A stretch of DNA of 64,000 nucleotides. Origin: Candidatus Moraniibacteriota bacterium (GTDB lineage: Bacteria; Patescibacteriota; Minisyncoccia; Moranbacterales; UBA9337). Below, in pieces: positions 1 through 10,779 of this stretch. Position numbers and translations under genes: made by a program. The stretch lies in NCBI GenBank assembly GCA_029865125.1, contig JAOUHN010000001.1:1360-65359 (forward strand), written 5' to 3'. The notes beneath the pieces were generated by a model. It saw only the letters and a program-made list of their open reading frames with translations, was not told where the DNA came from and did no database searches. How positions within the stretch are numbered: the stretch's first letter is position 1; each line of letters starts with the position of its first letter.

Positions 1-190
1 TTCCTCAGTTGAAGAGCTCATGAAAATACACAAAAAAAGAAATGACTCTGACAATTACAGATACAAAAAATATTACGGCAAAGATTGTTATGACAAAAAG
101 AATTTCGACTTTATCATCGACACCACAAATCTAACCCCGCAAGAAGCTTTGGAAAAAACGCTAGAGTACATCAAGACAAAACAATCCTAA
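1..190 (+). CDS. cmk: 3' end of probable cytidylate kinase-like P-loop kinase (partial)
   Basis: Frame 2 is open to TAA 188-190: ...KKRNDSDNYRYKKYYGKDCYDKKNFDFIIDTTNLTPQEALEK. This resembles the R..SD..RY..YYG.D...D.IIDTT.L C-terminus of archaeal/CPR-type (d)CMP kinases. Confidence 0.6.
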   Translation, partial: SSVEELMKIHKKRNDSDNYRYKKYYGKDCYDKKNFDFIIDTTNLTPQEALEKTLEYIKTKQS

Positions 191-192
191 CC

Positions 193-223
193 AAAAAAAA
201 CAGGCGCTCAGCCTGTTTTTTTT
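193..223 (+). terminator. Intrinsic terminator
   Basis: A8-CAGGC-gctca-GCCTG-T8 hairpin directly after the stop codon. Confidence 0.8.
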
Positions 224-235
224 GTTCCACTATTT

Positions 236-386
236 GTTCATGTTTCATGTTATACGCTTTATGTTATATGTTTCATGCTATATGTTTCATGTTATACGCT
301 TTATGTTATATGTTTCATGTTACGTGTTTCATGTCGTGTGTTTCATGCTTCATATTTCATGCTCCATGCTCCATGTTCCATGCATT
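236..386. repeat. Degenerate 7-bp tandem repeat (TGTTTCA/TGTTATA type), about 20 units
   Basis: tgtttca tgttata cgcttta tgttata tgtttca tgctata ... with clear period 7. Confidence 0.9.
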
Positions 387-484
387 ATATATTTCCCGAT
401 ATCTTTCTCATATGTTAAAATAAAAAAATGAAAGCCTCCCTCTTGTGAGGATTACTTCGTTTAAGAAATAAACACAAAAACAAA

Positions 485-1447
485 ATGGGAAAAGTCTTAG
501 AAAGACAAAGGGTTAGAAAAACAAAATTGAGCGTAAACTCAATCATAGCGCTCACACTCGCACTATCATCAATTGCAATTATTGGAAATCTGATCTATGA
601 AAAAAACAAAAGTTTTCAAGAAGCTGAGGAATGTGATCAGGAGCTCCAAGAGAAAATCAAAGAAGATTTTGAAGAAAATGCCGTCACAGACATTCAAACC
701 ATTCAAAGTCAAATCAATATGGATGATTGGAAAAATTATCAAACATCTTGGTATGGATTCAAAATACAATACCCTTCCACATGGAAAAACCCTGTTCCAA
801 GAAGCGCTGACAGATATTCACTTGCGGAATATTATTATGAATTTCGGAGTCCTTTGGACAATCCCGGACTATACAGCGGATTTGATGTTGTTGTGTACAA
901 CGTCTCAAAAGTTGAAGAACTTTCCAATACAAATGAATTTCCAAAACTGAAAGATCCCGAAACAACCGAATCAACGTGTCAAACGCTCGATGGACACCTG
1001 CTAGAAACAGGAGAATATCCCGCCGAAGAAATCTACATCCCTTCGATCAATAGATGCTACAACCCTGTTTTGTTTTTCAGTGTCACAAAAGGAGATTACA
1101 TATTCAACATCGTTCCTAAAACAAAAGCTAATGTTGAACCTTCAGGTGACCCAATGAAGGAAATTTCCGATAGTATCCCTGAATTCTTTGCAGCTATTTC
1201 CACATTTGAAAACATCGACATCGTACGAGTAGCCAAACGTTCCACAGCTACCATAAAGTCGCCAAGGCCTGTTTCATACAAACTAGACTCACTTGGACGT
1301 TTTGTGTGTGAAAAGAAAAACGACAAACCCGGAAAAAGCAAAAAAGGGAAAGGGAAGCATCTTGATATGGAATGTTGTCTCGATCCAGATGAATACGCAA
1401 ATCCACATTGTTATTATGATCCAGAGAAATACGGAAAATATCTTTAA
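485..1447 (+). CDS. Membrane-anchored hypothetical protein (PsbP-like CPR surface domain, Cys-rich C-terminus)
   Basis: N-terminal TM helix; WKNYQTSWYGFKIQYPSTW motif typical of CPR PsbP-like proteins; C-terminal C...MECCLDPDEYANPHC. Confidence 0.75.
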   Translation: MGKVLERQRVRKTKLSVNSIIALTLALSSIAIIGNLIYEKNKSFQEAEECDQELQEKIKEDFEENAVTDIQTIQSQINMDDWKNYQTSWYGFKIQYPSTWKNPVPRSADRYSLAEYYYEFRSPLDNPGLYSGFDVVVYNVSKVEELSNTNEFPKLKDPETTESTCQTLDGHLLETGEYPAEEIYIPSINRCYNPVLFFSVTKGDYIFNIVPKTKANVEPSGDPMKEISDSIPEFFAAISTFENIDIVRVAKRSTATIKSPRPVSYKLDSLGRFVCEKKNDKPGKSKKGKGKHLDMECCLDPDEYANPHCYYDPEKYGKYL

Positions 1448-1495
1448 AACACTGGACAAAAGACTTGAAAGGCTATACACTGGCACTAATTAAAT

Positions 1496-2488
1496 GTGCA
1501 ATCAATGAGAAAAAATCTCATCAAAAATATTCAAAATTTTGCCTTTCAGCATGAACTTTGGAACAAAAATTCAAAAATCCTTGTTGGGGTTTCAGGCGGG
1601 CCGGACAGCGTGTGTCTTTTGAGTGTGCTTGTAACTCTTCAAAAAAAATATAATTTCAAAATTCACGTTGCTCATGTGAACTATGGACTGCGAAAAAAAG
1701 ATTCTGATGTTGATGAAAATTTTGTGAAACTTCTTTGCGAAAAAAATAATCTTGATTTCACTATTCTCAATGTCTCAAAAAAAGAGCTGGGAAACAATCC
1801 ATCTGAAAACAAAATGAGAGACGTTCGATATAATTTTTTTGAAAAAACCAGAAGACAGCTTGAATTCAATCTTATTGCTGTTGCTCACAATCAAGATGAT
1901 CAAGCAGAAACAATGCTCATGAGAATCATCCGCGGATCCGGGCTTCAAGGACTCAGAGCAATTCAACCGAAATTAGGGGTCATTATCCGCCCTCTGCTGG
2001 AAACTAGCAGAAAAGACATTGTGGCCTATCTCAAGCAAGAAAAGCTGTCCTATCGCATCGACAAAACAAACAAGGAGTCCGTTTTTCTTCGAAACAAAAT
2101 TCGAAACAAACTCATCCCCTATCTTGAAAAAAACTATAACCCCAAAATCAAACAAACCCTGTCTTCAAACGCATCCATCATCTCATGTGATTATGATGCG
2201 CTTTCCAAAAGCGCTCAAAAAAAGTTGCCCTCAATTTCATTTGAACTATCCAAAAAAAATGTCGCTTCTTTTGATTGTCAAAAATTCAATCAACTTCACA
2301 TTGCTTTTCAGCGACAAATTTTGAGAATTATTATTGAAACGCTAAAAAGTGATCTTAAAAAAATTGAAAATAGACACATCGAAGAGATCATCAAAATTTC
2401 AAAAAGCACCAAAAAGAAAAGTCAATTGGCCGATTTCAAAGGGTTGAAAATTAAGCGAAAGGGTGCTAAAATCTATATGAAAGTTTAA
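1496..2488 (+). CDS. tilS: tRNA(Ile)-lysidine synthetase
   Basis: VGVSGGPDS PP-loop, HVNYGLR, AHNQDDQAET, IIRPLL, RNKIR; directly upstream of ftsH. Start may be ATG 1505. Confidence 0.97.
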   Translation: MQSMRKNLIKNIQNFAFQHELWNKNSKILVGVSGGPDSVCLLSVLVTLQKKYNFKIHVAHVNYGLRKKDSDVDENFVKLLCEKNNLDFTILNVSKKELGNNPSENKMRDVRYNFFEKTRRQLEFNLIAVAHNQDDQAETMLMRIIRGSGLQGLRAIQPKLGVIIRPLLETSRKDIVAYLKQEKLSYRIDKTNKESVFLRNKIRNKLIPYLEKNYNPKIKQTLSSNASIISCDYDALSKSAQKKLPSISFELSKKNVASFDCQKFNQLHIAFQRQILRIIIETLKSDLKKIENRHIEEIIKISKSTKKKSQLADFKGLKIKRKGAKIYMKV

Positions 2489-2599
2489 AAATTTTAATTA
2501 TAATCATTTTTAAATATTAAAACTTTGAAAAAATAAAAAGGCACCTTGAGATGCTCGATTGTTTTCATGTCTTAATATTTTCATGATTTCATTTACACC

Positions 2600-4426
2600 G
2601 TGGACAAATTCATCAAAAATTTCATTATTCCGTCTCTCCTATTCTTTGTTCTTGTGTCTGGGATTCTTGTTCTCTATAAATCTCCCGATAAAAAACCAGA
2701 GAAAATATCCATCAGCAAACTTGCAGAGCAAATCAACAACGGACAAGTGTCTTCCATAGAAGTGAAAAACAATAAACTCAGCATTAATTTAAACGATGAG
2801 ACTCTTGAGGAGGCCGTCAAAGAATCTGAGAGCTCTCTTAGTGAATCTTTGAATAACTACGGCGTTGATCAGGAAAAACTTCGAAATATCAAGATTGAAG
2901 TGCAAGAAAACAGCTCCACAACTGTTTGGGCTGGAATGATTTTGCCTTTTCTTCTTCCATTTCTGCTAATTGCAGCTTTTTTCTGGTTTATGATGAAACA
3001 AGCCCAAAAAGGAAATTCTCAAGCAATGTCATTTGGTTCAAGTAGAGCCAGAATGACTGACCCTAAGGACAAAAAGAAGAGAACGATGTTTAAAGATGTT
3101 GCTGGAGCCAAAGAAGCCAAGGAAGAGCTGGGTGAAGTTGTTGATTTCTTAAAGCATCCGAAAAAATTTCTTGATATGGGAGCCAAAATTCCAAAAGGTG
3201 TTTTGCTTTTAGGCCCTCCTGGTACAGGAAAAACACTGATGGCCAAAGCGGTTGCTGGAGAAGCAGGCGTTCCATTTTTTAACATTAGTGGTTCCGAATT
3301 CGTGGAAATGTTTGTTGGTGTTGGAGCATCCAGAGTAAGAGATCTTTTCAAGCAAGCAAAGAAAAATGCACCTGCTATTGTTTTCATTGATGAAATCGAC
3401 GCTGTTGGAAGACATCGAGGCGCTGGACTTGGAGGAGGGCATGATGAAAGAGAGCAAACGCTAAATCAAATTTTAGTTGAAATGGATGGATTTGAAACGG
3501 AAACCAACATTATCGTTTTGGCAGCAACCAACAGACCTGATATTCTTGATCCTGCACTTCTAAGGCCGGGAAGATTTGACAGAAGAGTGACTTTGGATCT
3601 TCCAGATATCAATGAAAGAGAGGCTATTCTCAAAATACATGCTCAAAACAAAAATCTTGAAAAGGATGTTGAGCTCAAAAACATTGCGCAAAGAACTCCT
3701 GGATTTTCAGGAGCTGATCTTGGAAATCTTGTCAACGAAGCTGCGATTTTGAGTACTCGAAGAAACAAAAAAACCATCGGGATGCAAGAATTGAGAGAAT
3801 CCATCGAAAAGGTGATCATGGGGCCGGAAAGAAAAAGCAGGGTGATTAGTGAAAAAGAAAGAAAAATTGTAGCCTACCACGAAGCTGGTCATGCTCTCGT
3901 GGCTGCAAGTCTCAAAAATGCTGATCCTGTTCAAAAGGTTTCCATTATTGCCAGAGGAAGTGCTGGAGGATACACAATGTCAGTTCCAACAGAAGACAGA
4001 AGCCTTCACTCCAAGAGAGCATTTATCGATGAGCTAGCCACTCTTCTTGGTGGATATGTCAGTGAGGCTGCCACATTTAATGATGTCACCACAGGAGCAT
4101 CTAACGATCTTGAGAGAGCTACTCACATGGCAAGAAACATGGTGACTCGCTACGGAATGAGTGACCTCGGACCAAGAACATTTGGAAAAAAAGAAGAGCT
4201 TGTTTTCCTTGGAAAAGAAGTTAGCGAAGAAAAAGACTATTCTGAGCAAACCGCTCAAAAAATTGATGAGGCAGTTTCAATATTTATTAACAATGCAAAA
4301 GAAACGGCCCACAAAATCATCACCGAAAAGAAAGACTTGCTAGACAAAATATCCGATACACTTCTTGAGAAAGAAAATATTGAAAAAGAAGAATTTGACG
4401 AAATCATAAGTGGAATTAAGAAGTAG
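2600..4426 (+). CDS. ftsH: ATP-dependent zinc metalloprotease FtsH
   Basis: Two TM helices, [38 protein letters not shown]. Confidence 0.99.
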   Translation: MDKFIKNFIIPSLLFFVLVSGILVLYKSPDKKPEKISISKLAEQINNGQVSSIEVKNNKLSINLNDETLEEAVKESESSLSESLNNYGVDQEKLRNIKIEVQENSSTTVWAGMILPFLLPFLLIAAFFWFMMKQAQKGNSQAMSFGSSRARMTDPKDKKKRTMFKDVAGAKEAKEELGEVVDFLKHPKKFLDMGAKIPKGVLLLGPPGTGKTLMAKAVAGEAGVPFFNISGSEFVEMFVGVGASRVRDLFKQAKKNAPAIVFIDEIDAVGRHRGAGLGGGHDEREQTLNQILVEMDGFETETNIIVLAATNRPDILDPALLRPGRFDRRVTLDLPDINEREAILKIHAQNKNLEKDVELKNIAQRTPGFSGADLGNLVNEAAILSTRRNKKTIGMQELRESIEKVIMGPERKSRVISEKERKIVAYHEAGHALVAASLKNADPVQKVSIIARGSAGGYTMSVPTEDRSLHSKRAFIDELATLLGGYVSEAATFNDVTTGASNDLERATHMARNMVTRYGMSDLGPRTFGKKEELVFLGKEVSEEKDYSEQTAQKIDEAVSIFINNAKETAHKIITEKKDLLDKISDTLLEKENIEKEEFDEIISGIKK

Positions 4427-4437
4427 TCACAAAAAAT

Positions 4438-5388
4438 ATGACTCTCAAAAAAGATATCGAGAAATCTGTTGAATTAATGAAAGAAGCAATCCAAATTACC
4501 TGGAAAAATGGATATCTTTGGTGGTTTGGATTGGTCATTGCTATTAGTGAAGACTTAATTTATTTTGCAACAGGTGCTGCAGTAGACCAAAAGTCCCAAG
4601 AAGCACTTACTCAGCTCAATATTGCTCCTCTTATTGAATTAGTTAGGGTAATCAATCAAAATAAAGAAGAAGCTATTTTAGGGCTTATTTTAATATCTTC
4701 AATTCTAATTATTATTAACATCGCTTCTTATTCTTCAATATTAATATCTTTAAAAAGAATACTAAAAAACCAAGAAAGCACCTTGAAATCTAGCATCATC
4801 GAGGGAAGAAAATTCGTCAAAAAAATTATTGGATTTGAATTATCTCTAGCTATCTTTTTATTGTCAGTTCTCGTGATACTCGCTCTTCCAATCTATCTTC
4901 TCAAAAATGCTAACCTTCCCATCATAGCGGATTTCATGTTTCTCGGAGCCATTCTTATTTTCATTCCAATTGCAATAATTTCATATTTCACAAGAATATT
5001 TGGACATCTCTATTTGGTGCAACACCGTCTTAGCATCAAAGAATCATTTCGAAATGCTTATTCCGTTTTCAGCAATAACCTAAGATCATCTTTCACACTT
5101 TTTGCATCACTCATTATTATTTTGATGACTCTTACACTGTTTCTAGTATTGCTAGTTAATATTTTTTCTGCTATATTGTTACTCACTGGTTCAGAAGTAA
5201 TCGTAAAGCTAGGAATGGCTATCTTGATCATATTTGATATTATTGTCAAAGCTGCAATGATAGTATTTCAAAGAACTTTGTGGGTTATCTTTTTCAATAA
5301 GATCACAATTCGTAAAGATGACTTGAAAGAAAAAGTGCTCGCATCCGAACTTCAAGAATCCACTGCAATTGCAAAAGAGCAGGCATAA
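4438..5388 (+). CDS. Polytopic membrane protein, hypothetical
   Basis: 316-aa ORF with about 6 hydrophobic segments, 11 nt after ftsH. Confidence 0.8.
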   Translation: MTLKKDIEKSVELMKEAIQITWKNGYLWWFGLVIAISEDLIYFATGAAVDQKSQEALTQLNIAPLIELVRVINQNKEEAILGLILISSILIIINIASYSSILISLKRILKNQESTLKSSIIEGRKFVKKIIGFELSLAIFLLSVLVILALPIYLLKNANLPIIADFMFLGAILIFIPIAIISYFTRIFGHLYLVQHRLSIKESFRNAYSVFSNNLRSSFTLFASLIIILMTLTLFLVLLVNIFSAILLLTGSEVIVKLGMAILIIFDIIVKAAMIVFQRTLWVIFFNKITIRKDDLKEKVLASELQESTAIAKEQA

Positions 5389-5396
5389 GAAAAGTT

Positions 5397-5470
5397 GCGC
5401 GTGTAACTCAGCTGGCTAGAGTACTTCCTTGACATGGAAGAAGTCCCTGGTTCGAGTCCAGGTACGCGCA
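5397..5470 (+). tRNA. tRNA-Val(GAC)
   Basis: GCGCGTG/TACGCGC acceptor stem, CTTCC-TTGACAT-GGAAG anticodon arm, CCTGG-TTCGAGT-CCAGG T arm; CCA not encoded. Confidence 0.97.
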
Positions 5471-5477
5471 CAAAACA

Positions 5478-5511
5478 AAAACTACTCCGAACAATCGGGG
5501 TAGTTTTTTTT
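5478..5511. terminator. Bidirectional intrinsic terminator
   Basis: aaaactactccga-acaa-tcggggtagtttt between tRNA-Val and a convergent CDS. Confidence 0.75.
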
Positions 5512-5525
5512 AATCTTAACTATTG

Positions 5526-6503
5526 CTACCGAAGTGTACATCCACCAGAAGAAGAGGTTCTTCCAAGAGATCCGATTCCCAAATCTCCAAACAAACTTCC
5601 GTCTGGACTAAGATTTCCCAATTCATCTGATATATTTTGAAAACTACTACAAATCTTTTCGTTTATTGCTTGCTGCGCGTTTTTCTGAGCATTTCCAACT
5701 CCTTGCTTGATGACTGATGTCAAAATTTTTCCAACAGTCGCACCTACGACCCCGCCAACAGAATCGGCATTTGCTAATGACTCTCCTGACATAGCTAGTG
5801 AATCAGCTTGAATATCTTTTGTTAATGAACCAGGAGTCAAAACAGTTTTTCCATCACTACCAACAGTCGCTTTGTATCCATGATATGCAATCGCTTGGAT
5901 TTCTGCTTCTTTTTCGAGTTCTTCCTGTCTTTGAGATTTAATATCTTCCGCTATCAATGCATATGCGGGAGGAAAGTTATTTGGCTCAAAAAGAGCATCA
6001 AAAGCTGCCCATCCACCCTCTTCAATTGCATTTTGAACACTACAAGCGTATTCTTCAAAATCACTTTGCAGATTGCTCCAATCAACCACAATATCCGTAG
6101 ACTGCCTGGCTCCTGCTGAACGCCATTTTGTAAAATTGTCTTTGCCGCAACCAGAAGCATAGCCAGACGAAGAAGATCTTCCTCGATTTGTCACCGTGAA
6201 AAAATCATTCATATACATCGAAGACCTGGCTTTAGGAGAGGAAAACAAATATTCTTCCCAATCAGTAATGAATAATGCGCTTGTTTGAGTTGCTCCGGAT
6301 ATCAGATTGTTTACAGTATCATTGATCATTTCAATTGCTGCTGTTCTCAATGCACTAACCAATGCTTCTTTTACTTCATCAAAAATTCGTTGTGCAGCAA
6401 AATTAGCTGTAGTTTCTCCATACCAAGCCATGGATTTTTGAGTTGGCGCAAAGCAAAAAAACACCACAATAAAAACAATTACTATTTTCTGCATATAGTT
6501 CAT
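5526..6503 (-). CDS. Secreted hypothetical protein
   Basis: 325-aa ORF with signal-peptide-like N-terminus; co-oriented with and 6 nt from the upstream gene. Confidence 0.8.
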   Translation of the reverse strand: MNYMQKIVIVFIVVFFCFAPTQKSMAWYGETTANFAAQRIFDEVKEALVSALRTAAIEMINDTVNNLISGATQTSALFITDWEEYLFSSPKARSSMYMNDFFTVTNRGRSSSSGYASGCGKDNFTKWRSAGARQSTDIVVDWSNLQSDFEEYACSVQNAIEEGGWAAFDALFEPNNFPPAYALIAEDIKSQRQEELEKEAEIQAIAYHGYKATVGSDGKTVLTPGSLTKDIQADSLAMSGESLANADSVGGVVGATVGKILTSVIKQGVGNAQKNAQQAINEKICSSFQNISDELGNLSPDGSLFGDLGIGSLGRTSSSGGCTLR

Positions 6504-6509
6504 ATATTT

Positions 6510-7526
6510 TTATATTCCTAATCCAATTTCTTCAATTTGATCAAGCCCTAATTCATTCATTTTTCCTGAAATCTCATTTTGAAAATCTGCAAATAACGCT
6601 AACATATTTTGAGCTTTTCCCAGAGAAACTATGGATCCGATAGGGTCATCAGGATTAATTTCAACATTTTCTTTGAGTGTGATCGCTTTGTTCAAAAGTT
6701 TCAATCCTTTTTTGTGCATTTCAACCATATCTTCTGGAACCTCGATTTTTTCAAATTGTGTCAAAAAGTTATCACCTTTTTCAGCCATATTTTCAAAATA
6801 TTCCATTTTTGAAGAAACTCCTTCCAAACTTGAAAGAGATGAAATTTTTGAAATAATTTCATCCTCAAAACCACCCAAATCATCTGGTTTTGTTATTTTA
6901 TATGGAGAATTCTCCACTGCTAGATAATATACTGCTGTGACATATTTTTCATTATCTTCCTTTTTTTTTCTGGCTTGTTTTTCTTCGCTAAACTCAGAAT
7001 AATTTTGTTTTTTTATTTTTATTGAAGATTCATCAATTTCTTCAATTTCATCAAGATCATCAAAAGCGCTGTTTTCAGATAGGGCCCCCTCAACAAGCAT
7101 GTTTATATCATCTATCGTGGCTATATCTTCTTCATTATTATTTGAATCAGAAATCATTTCTGAAATCTTTTTTGCAATTTCCTGAGTGAGATTTGCATCG
7201 TTTTCATCTTCTTTGTTTTCCTCGTTACCATCCACAGAAGTCTTTGCTTTTTCTTGAACAATTTTGTCTCCTGGCGCCGGCTTTAGCGGATCATATCCAC
7301 TTTGAACCTCTGTTCCATCGGAATATCCATCACCATCGCTATCTTTATTATTAGGATCCGTTCCATACACAACTTCCTCATCATTTGAAAGACCGTCTTG
7401 ATCGAAATCAGCAAAAACACCCTCCGATGATGAAGAGTTGCTTTGCGCATATACAGAAAAACCAATTCCAAAGAAAAATAATACTAAAAAAATTCCAATA
7501 GATTTTTTTGTTTTCGATAAATTCAT
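6510..7526 (-). CDS. Secreted acidic protein with bacterial thrombospondin type-3-like Ca-binding repeats
   Basis: Signal peptide, then DFDQDGLSNDEEVVYGTDPNNKDSDGDGYSDGTEVQSGYDP. Confidence 0.85.
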   Translation of the reverse strand: MNLSKTKKSIGIFLVLFFFGIGFSVYAQSNSSSSEGVFADFDQDGLSNDEEVVYGTDPNNKDSDGDGYSDGTEVQSGYDPLKPAPGDKIVQEKAKTSVDGNEENKEDENDANLTQEIAKKISEMISDSNNNEEDIATIDDINMLVEGALSENSAFDDLDEIEEIDESSIKIKKQNYSEFSEEKQARKKKEDNEKYVTAVYYLAVENSPYKITKPDDLGGFEDEIISKISSLSSLEGVSSKMEYFENMAEKGDNFLTQFEKIEVPEDMVEMHKKGLKLLNKAITLKENVEINPDDPIGSIVSLGKAQNMLALFADFQNEISGKMNELGLDQIEEIGLGI

Positions 7527-7592
7527 TTTTGTTTTACATAATCACAACCTCAATGCTATTATACTAAATAATAATCCAGTAAGCAAACAAGA

Positions 7593-9248
7593 ATGAAAAA
7601 ATTCCTCGATATAGCAGGCTCTCTTTTAACTGAGATAGAAAACAGCAAAACCAATCTTTCTATTTGGATCATTTCCTTCCTTGCACTAATCTCAATCAGA
7701 CTTCTGATCATCAGATTTTTGACTGAATCATGGGCCAAAGTTCCTCTGGCAAAAAAAGACTTGTGGTTTTTCTATGAATTTTCACACACATTTTTATTTT
7801 TTCTGATAACCTATCTTCTTTTTTTGATAATTTTGAAAAAACTACTGAAGTTATCTATTAAAAAAGTTTCCAATATTCTTTTATTTGGATATATCATCAT
7901 TCTCACGCCACCAGTGACAGATCACATTATTTCCAAAGGAAAAGGATTTTGGAGTTTCTATGAATTTGACAATCTATATGGACTTTTGATCAGATTTTTC
8001 ACTTTTTTTGGCTCCACTCCTGAATCTGGAATGACTTATGGCGTCAGAATTGGAGTGGCCATATCATTGCTATTCATCTTCATCTATGGATACGCAAAGA
8101 CAAAAAAAGTTCTCGCATCTTTGAAATTACTCCTTGTGTCCTATGTGATTTTCTTTATTCTTGGAACACTCCCATCATGGATCGCGATCCTGGTTCAAGG
8201 AGCAAGCAAAGGATTTCTTTCGGTAGATGCAATTGACACCGCACAAATGTTTTTGTCTCCTCCTTCAATATTTTCAAGGGAAGTCGGAGACACTCTGAGC
8301 GCCATAAGCGTCAAAATGAGTCTGGTTTTGACACCAGTTCTCATTCCAACAATTCTGCTCTCGTTCTATTCTGAATATTTTGAAAAAATAAAGCTGTTCA
8401 TGAAAAACATACGTGTGGCTCAAATTTTTCTTCATGTTGGAATGTTGCTCACTGGAATAGGACTTGCTATGATTTTTTCTCCAAGTGATTGGGATTTGAA
8501 TTTTTTCAATGCATTGGCAATATTGATTGCGATTCAAGCTGTTGTTCTTTCATGGATCACTTCCATTGTCGTTAATGACATTTTTGATCAGAAAATAGAT
8601 GAAATTTCAAACTCATCTCGACCACTTGTTCTCAAAAAGTTTTCTGTCGTTGAATATCAAGTAATTGGAATCGTCTCTTTTGTCTTAGCAATCCTTTCTG
8701 CCTATACCATAAGCACAAAAGTAGCCTTATTTCTTGTTGTATATCAATCACTCGCATGGCTATATTCCGCTGCGCCTTTTCGCCTCAAAAAATTCACTGT
8801 CATTTCAACTTTCATAAGCTCAGTTGCACTAATAATAATCATGTTTTGTGGATTCATATTAGTTTCTCCAACACAAACAATCACCAATCTTCCTCAAAGC
8901 ATCATCTTGCTACTTTTGATTTCTCTCACAATATCCCTCCCCGTCAAAGATCTCAAAGATATCAAGGGAGATGCGAAAGACAAAATTCGCACTATTCCTG
9001 TTGTTTTTGGAGAATATTGGGGGAAGGTTATCATTGCCAGTGGAATCTTTCTCTCATTCATCCTGAGTGTTTTCTTTTTGAATGAGTTTCAACTTCTCTG
9101 GTGGGCAGCCCTATTTGGAGGAATATCTTTTTGGGTGGTTCTTTATTCAAATCAAAATAAATACATCACTCACAGAAATATCAATTGGTGGCTTCTTTCG
9201 ATTCTTTTTGCCTACACTGTAATTCTCATCTTCACAGTGTTTGTATAG
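7593..9248 (+). CDS. UbiA-family prenyltransferase with extra N-terminal membrane domain
   Basis: NDIFDQKIDEISNSSRPL and KDLKDIKGDAKDKIRTIPV Asp-rich motifs, YSAAPFRLK; about 270 extra hydrophobic N-terminal residues. Confidence 0.88.
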   Translation: MKKFLDIAGSLLTEIENSKTNLSIWIISFLALISIRLLIIRFLTESWAKVPLAKKDLWFFYEFSHTFLFFLITYLLFLIILKKLLKLSIKKVSNILLFGYIIILTPPVTDHIISKGKGFWSFYEFDNLYGLLIRFFTFFGSTPESGMTYGVRIGVAISLLFIFIYGYAKTKKVLASLKLLLVSYVIFFILGTLPSWIAILVQGASKGFLSVDAIDTAQMFLSPPSIFSREVGDTLSAISVKMSLVLTPVLIPTILLSFYSEYFEKIKLFMKNIRVAQIFLHVGMLLTGIGLAMIFSPSDWDLNFFNALAILIAIQAVVLSWITSIVVNDIFDQKIDEISNSSRPLVLKKFSVVEYQVIGIVSFVLAILSAYTISTKVALFLVVYQSLAWLYSAAPFRLKKFTVISTFISSVALIIIMFCGFILVSPTQTITNLPQSIILLLLISLTISLPVKDLKDIKGDAKDKIRTIPVVFGEYWGKVIIASGIFLSFILSVFFLNEFQLLWWAALFGGISFWVVLYSNQNKYITHRNINWWLLSILFAYTVILIFTVFV

Positions 9249-9383
9249 ATTATTCACTCTGCTTGTTTCTCCATAAACCATCACATATGCTCTGTGTCAT
9301 CTCGAGCGAAACAAAATGAGAAACGAGTGAAGTGAAGTTAAGAGACCTCGCACTTTTGATTAACTGAGACCTTATCAAGCCAC

Positions 9384-9417
9384 AAAAAAAATCCTGACGC
9401 CTCCGTCAGGATTTTTT
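9384..9417. terminator. Bidirectional terminator
   Basis: aaaaaatcctgacg-cctc-cgtcaggattttt between convergent genes. Confidence 0.75.
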
Positions 9418-9515
9418 GCTATATATCACATGTCCCATGCCCTATGTTTCGTGTTCCATGCTATATGTTCTATGCTCCATGTTATGTGCTGCATGCTCCA
9501 TGCTCTACGCTGCCT
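9417..9515. repeat. Degenerate 7-bp tandem repeat (TGYTNYA), about 14 units
   Basis: tgtccca tgcccta tgtttcg tgttcca tgctata tgttcta tgctcca. Confidence 0.85.
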
Positions 9516-10337
9516 CTATTCATTCAGTGCTTCAAAAGCGTCTCTTAGCTTCTTCCAATTTTCAACCGAAAGCTCTTGAGCTCTTGTATAAATATTAAAC
9601 CCATTGTTTTCCAAAATATTTTGAACCACCACCTTTTCCAGATGAAGTCCATTGGCCAAATTGTTTAATAATGTTTTTCTCCTCGCAGAAAATCCGGCTT
9701 TGACAATTCTAAAAAATGCTTTGTTTTTTTCTTTGTCACGAACATCTTCTGAATTTTTCGGAATAATTCTCACAACAGCGCTGTCCACTTCCGGAACCGG
9801 CTCAAAACATTCTCTGTCCACTTCAATCAAAAACTCAACGTCTGCATAATATTGAACAGACACAGCCAAAATACTCATCTGTCCAGACTCCGCCAAAATC
9901 CTGTTGGCCACTTCAAGTTGCATCATGAGAATCATTTCCTTGGGTGGATTGTCTGATTCTAAAAACAAACGGATTATTTTTGAAGTGATGTAATATGGGA
10001 TATTGGCCACTACCTTGTATCCGTCATATTGATAGGGTGCCATCATGTCAGTAAGATTGATTGTCAAAATGTCACCGTGAACAACCTCAAAGCCTTCTTC
10101 ATCCTGAAACTTTTTCTCCAAACCTTCCACAAGATTTTTGTCCAGTTCAACTGCCACAACCTTCCTCACATATCTCATCAACTCCTGAGACAAAACTCCC
10201 TGCCCTGGACCGATTTCAAGCACAACATCATCCGGATCAAGATTGGCAGAAACAGCAATTCTTTCCACCACACTATTATCCTTCAAAAAATTCTGCCCCA
10301 ATGATTTTTTAGGCTTCGCCTTAAATTCTTTTTCCAT
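9516..10337 (-). CDS. rsmA: 16S rRNA adenine dimethyltransferase RsmA/KsgA
   Basis: KKSLGQNFL, VLEIGPGQG, VVANIPYYITS, F.PVPEVDSAVV, GFSARRKTL. Confidence 0.98.
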   Translation of the reverse strand: MEKEFKAKPKKSLGQNFLKDNSVVERIAVSANLDPDDVVLEIGPGQGVLSQELMRYVRKVVAVELDKNLVEGLEKKFQDEEGFEVVHGDILTINLTDMMAPYQYDGYKVVANIPYYITSKIIRLFLESDNPPKEMILMMQLEVANRILAESGQMSILAVSVQYYADVEFLIEVDRECFEPVPEVDSAVVRIIPKNSEDVRDKEKNKAFFRIVKAGFSARRKTLLNNLANGLHLEKVVVQNILENNGFNIYTRAQELSVENWKKLRDAFEALNE

Positions 10338-10377
10338 ACTATTAAACTTAATTAACTATTTATAACAAACTCCTTTA

Positions 10378-10415
10378 CCCCTCCCTCCTCGGGAGGAGGG
10401 GGTTGGGGGGAGGTG
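10378..10415. repeat. REP-like GC-rich palindrome, left flank of the DUF559 gene
   Basis: cccctccctcctc-gg-gaggagggggttggggggagg; resembles the reverse complement of 10780-10813. Confidence 0.65.
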
Positions 10416-10427
10416 CGAAACGTCACA

Positions 10428-10769
10428 CTACTTCAAGCTTTCCAATATCTTAAAAATTACCCCGTCTAAATTATTATTTATTTCGTTATTCCAAAATCTC
10501 AAAACTTTTAAACCTTTTCTCTGCAAATACTCAGTTCTTTCAGTATCATAATTCTGATGCAAATCTTTTTTATGTTGACAGCCATCAATTTCAATAACCA
10601 AACCCTTCTCTTTGCAATAAAAATCTACAATATATTTCCCAAATGAATGCTGTCTCCGAAATTTATATCCTAATTGCTTTCTTTTCAATCTTGACCATAA
10701 AACTATTTCTTGGGGAGTAGAATTGTTTCTTAGTTTTTTTCTCAATTGTTTAGCCTTGCAATTATTCAT
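10428..10769 (-). CDS. DUF559 / Vsr-like PD-(D/E)xK endonuclease domain protein
   Basis: LR.NST.QE..LW..L, KFRRQH, YIVDFYC, LVIEIDG.QH, D..RT.YL..GLKVLRFWN. Confidence 0.93.
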   Translation of the reverse strand: MNNCKAKQLRKKLRNNSTPQEIVLWSRLKRKQLGYKFRRQHSFGKYIVDFYCKEKGLVIEIDGCQHKKDLHQNYDTERTEYLQRKGLKVLRFWNNEINNNLDGVIFKILESLK

Positions 10770-10779
10770 AAGTTTCTAA

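Noticed and set aside
236-386. Possible CRISPR array
   Set aside because: Period-7 degenerate repeats without unique spacers; no cas genes in the window
222-431. 69-aa ORF (also 9416-9598 and 20509-20775)
   Set aside because: These are translations of heptamer tandem repeats (MFHVIRFMLYVSC...) with no protein-like content
5434-5640. ORFs overlapping tRNAs (also 29568-29816 and 54984-55214)
   Set aside because: They read through tRNA genes and terminators
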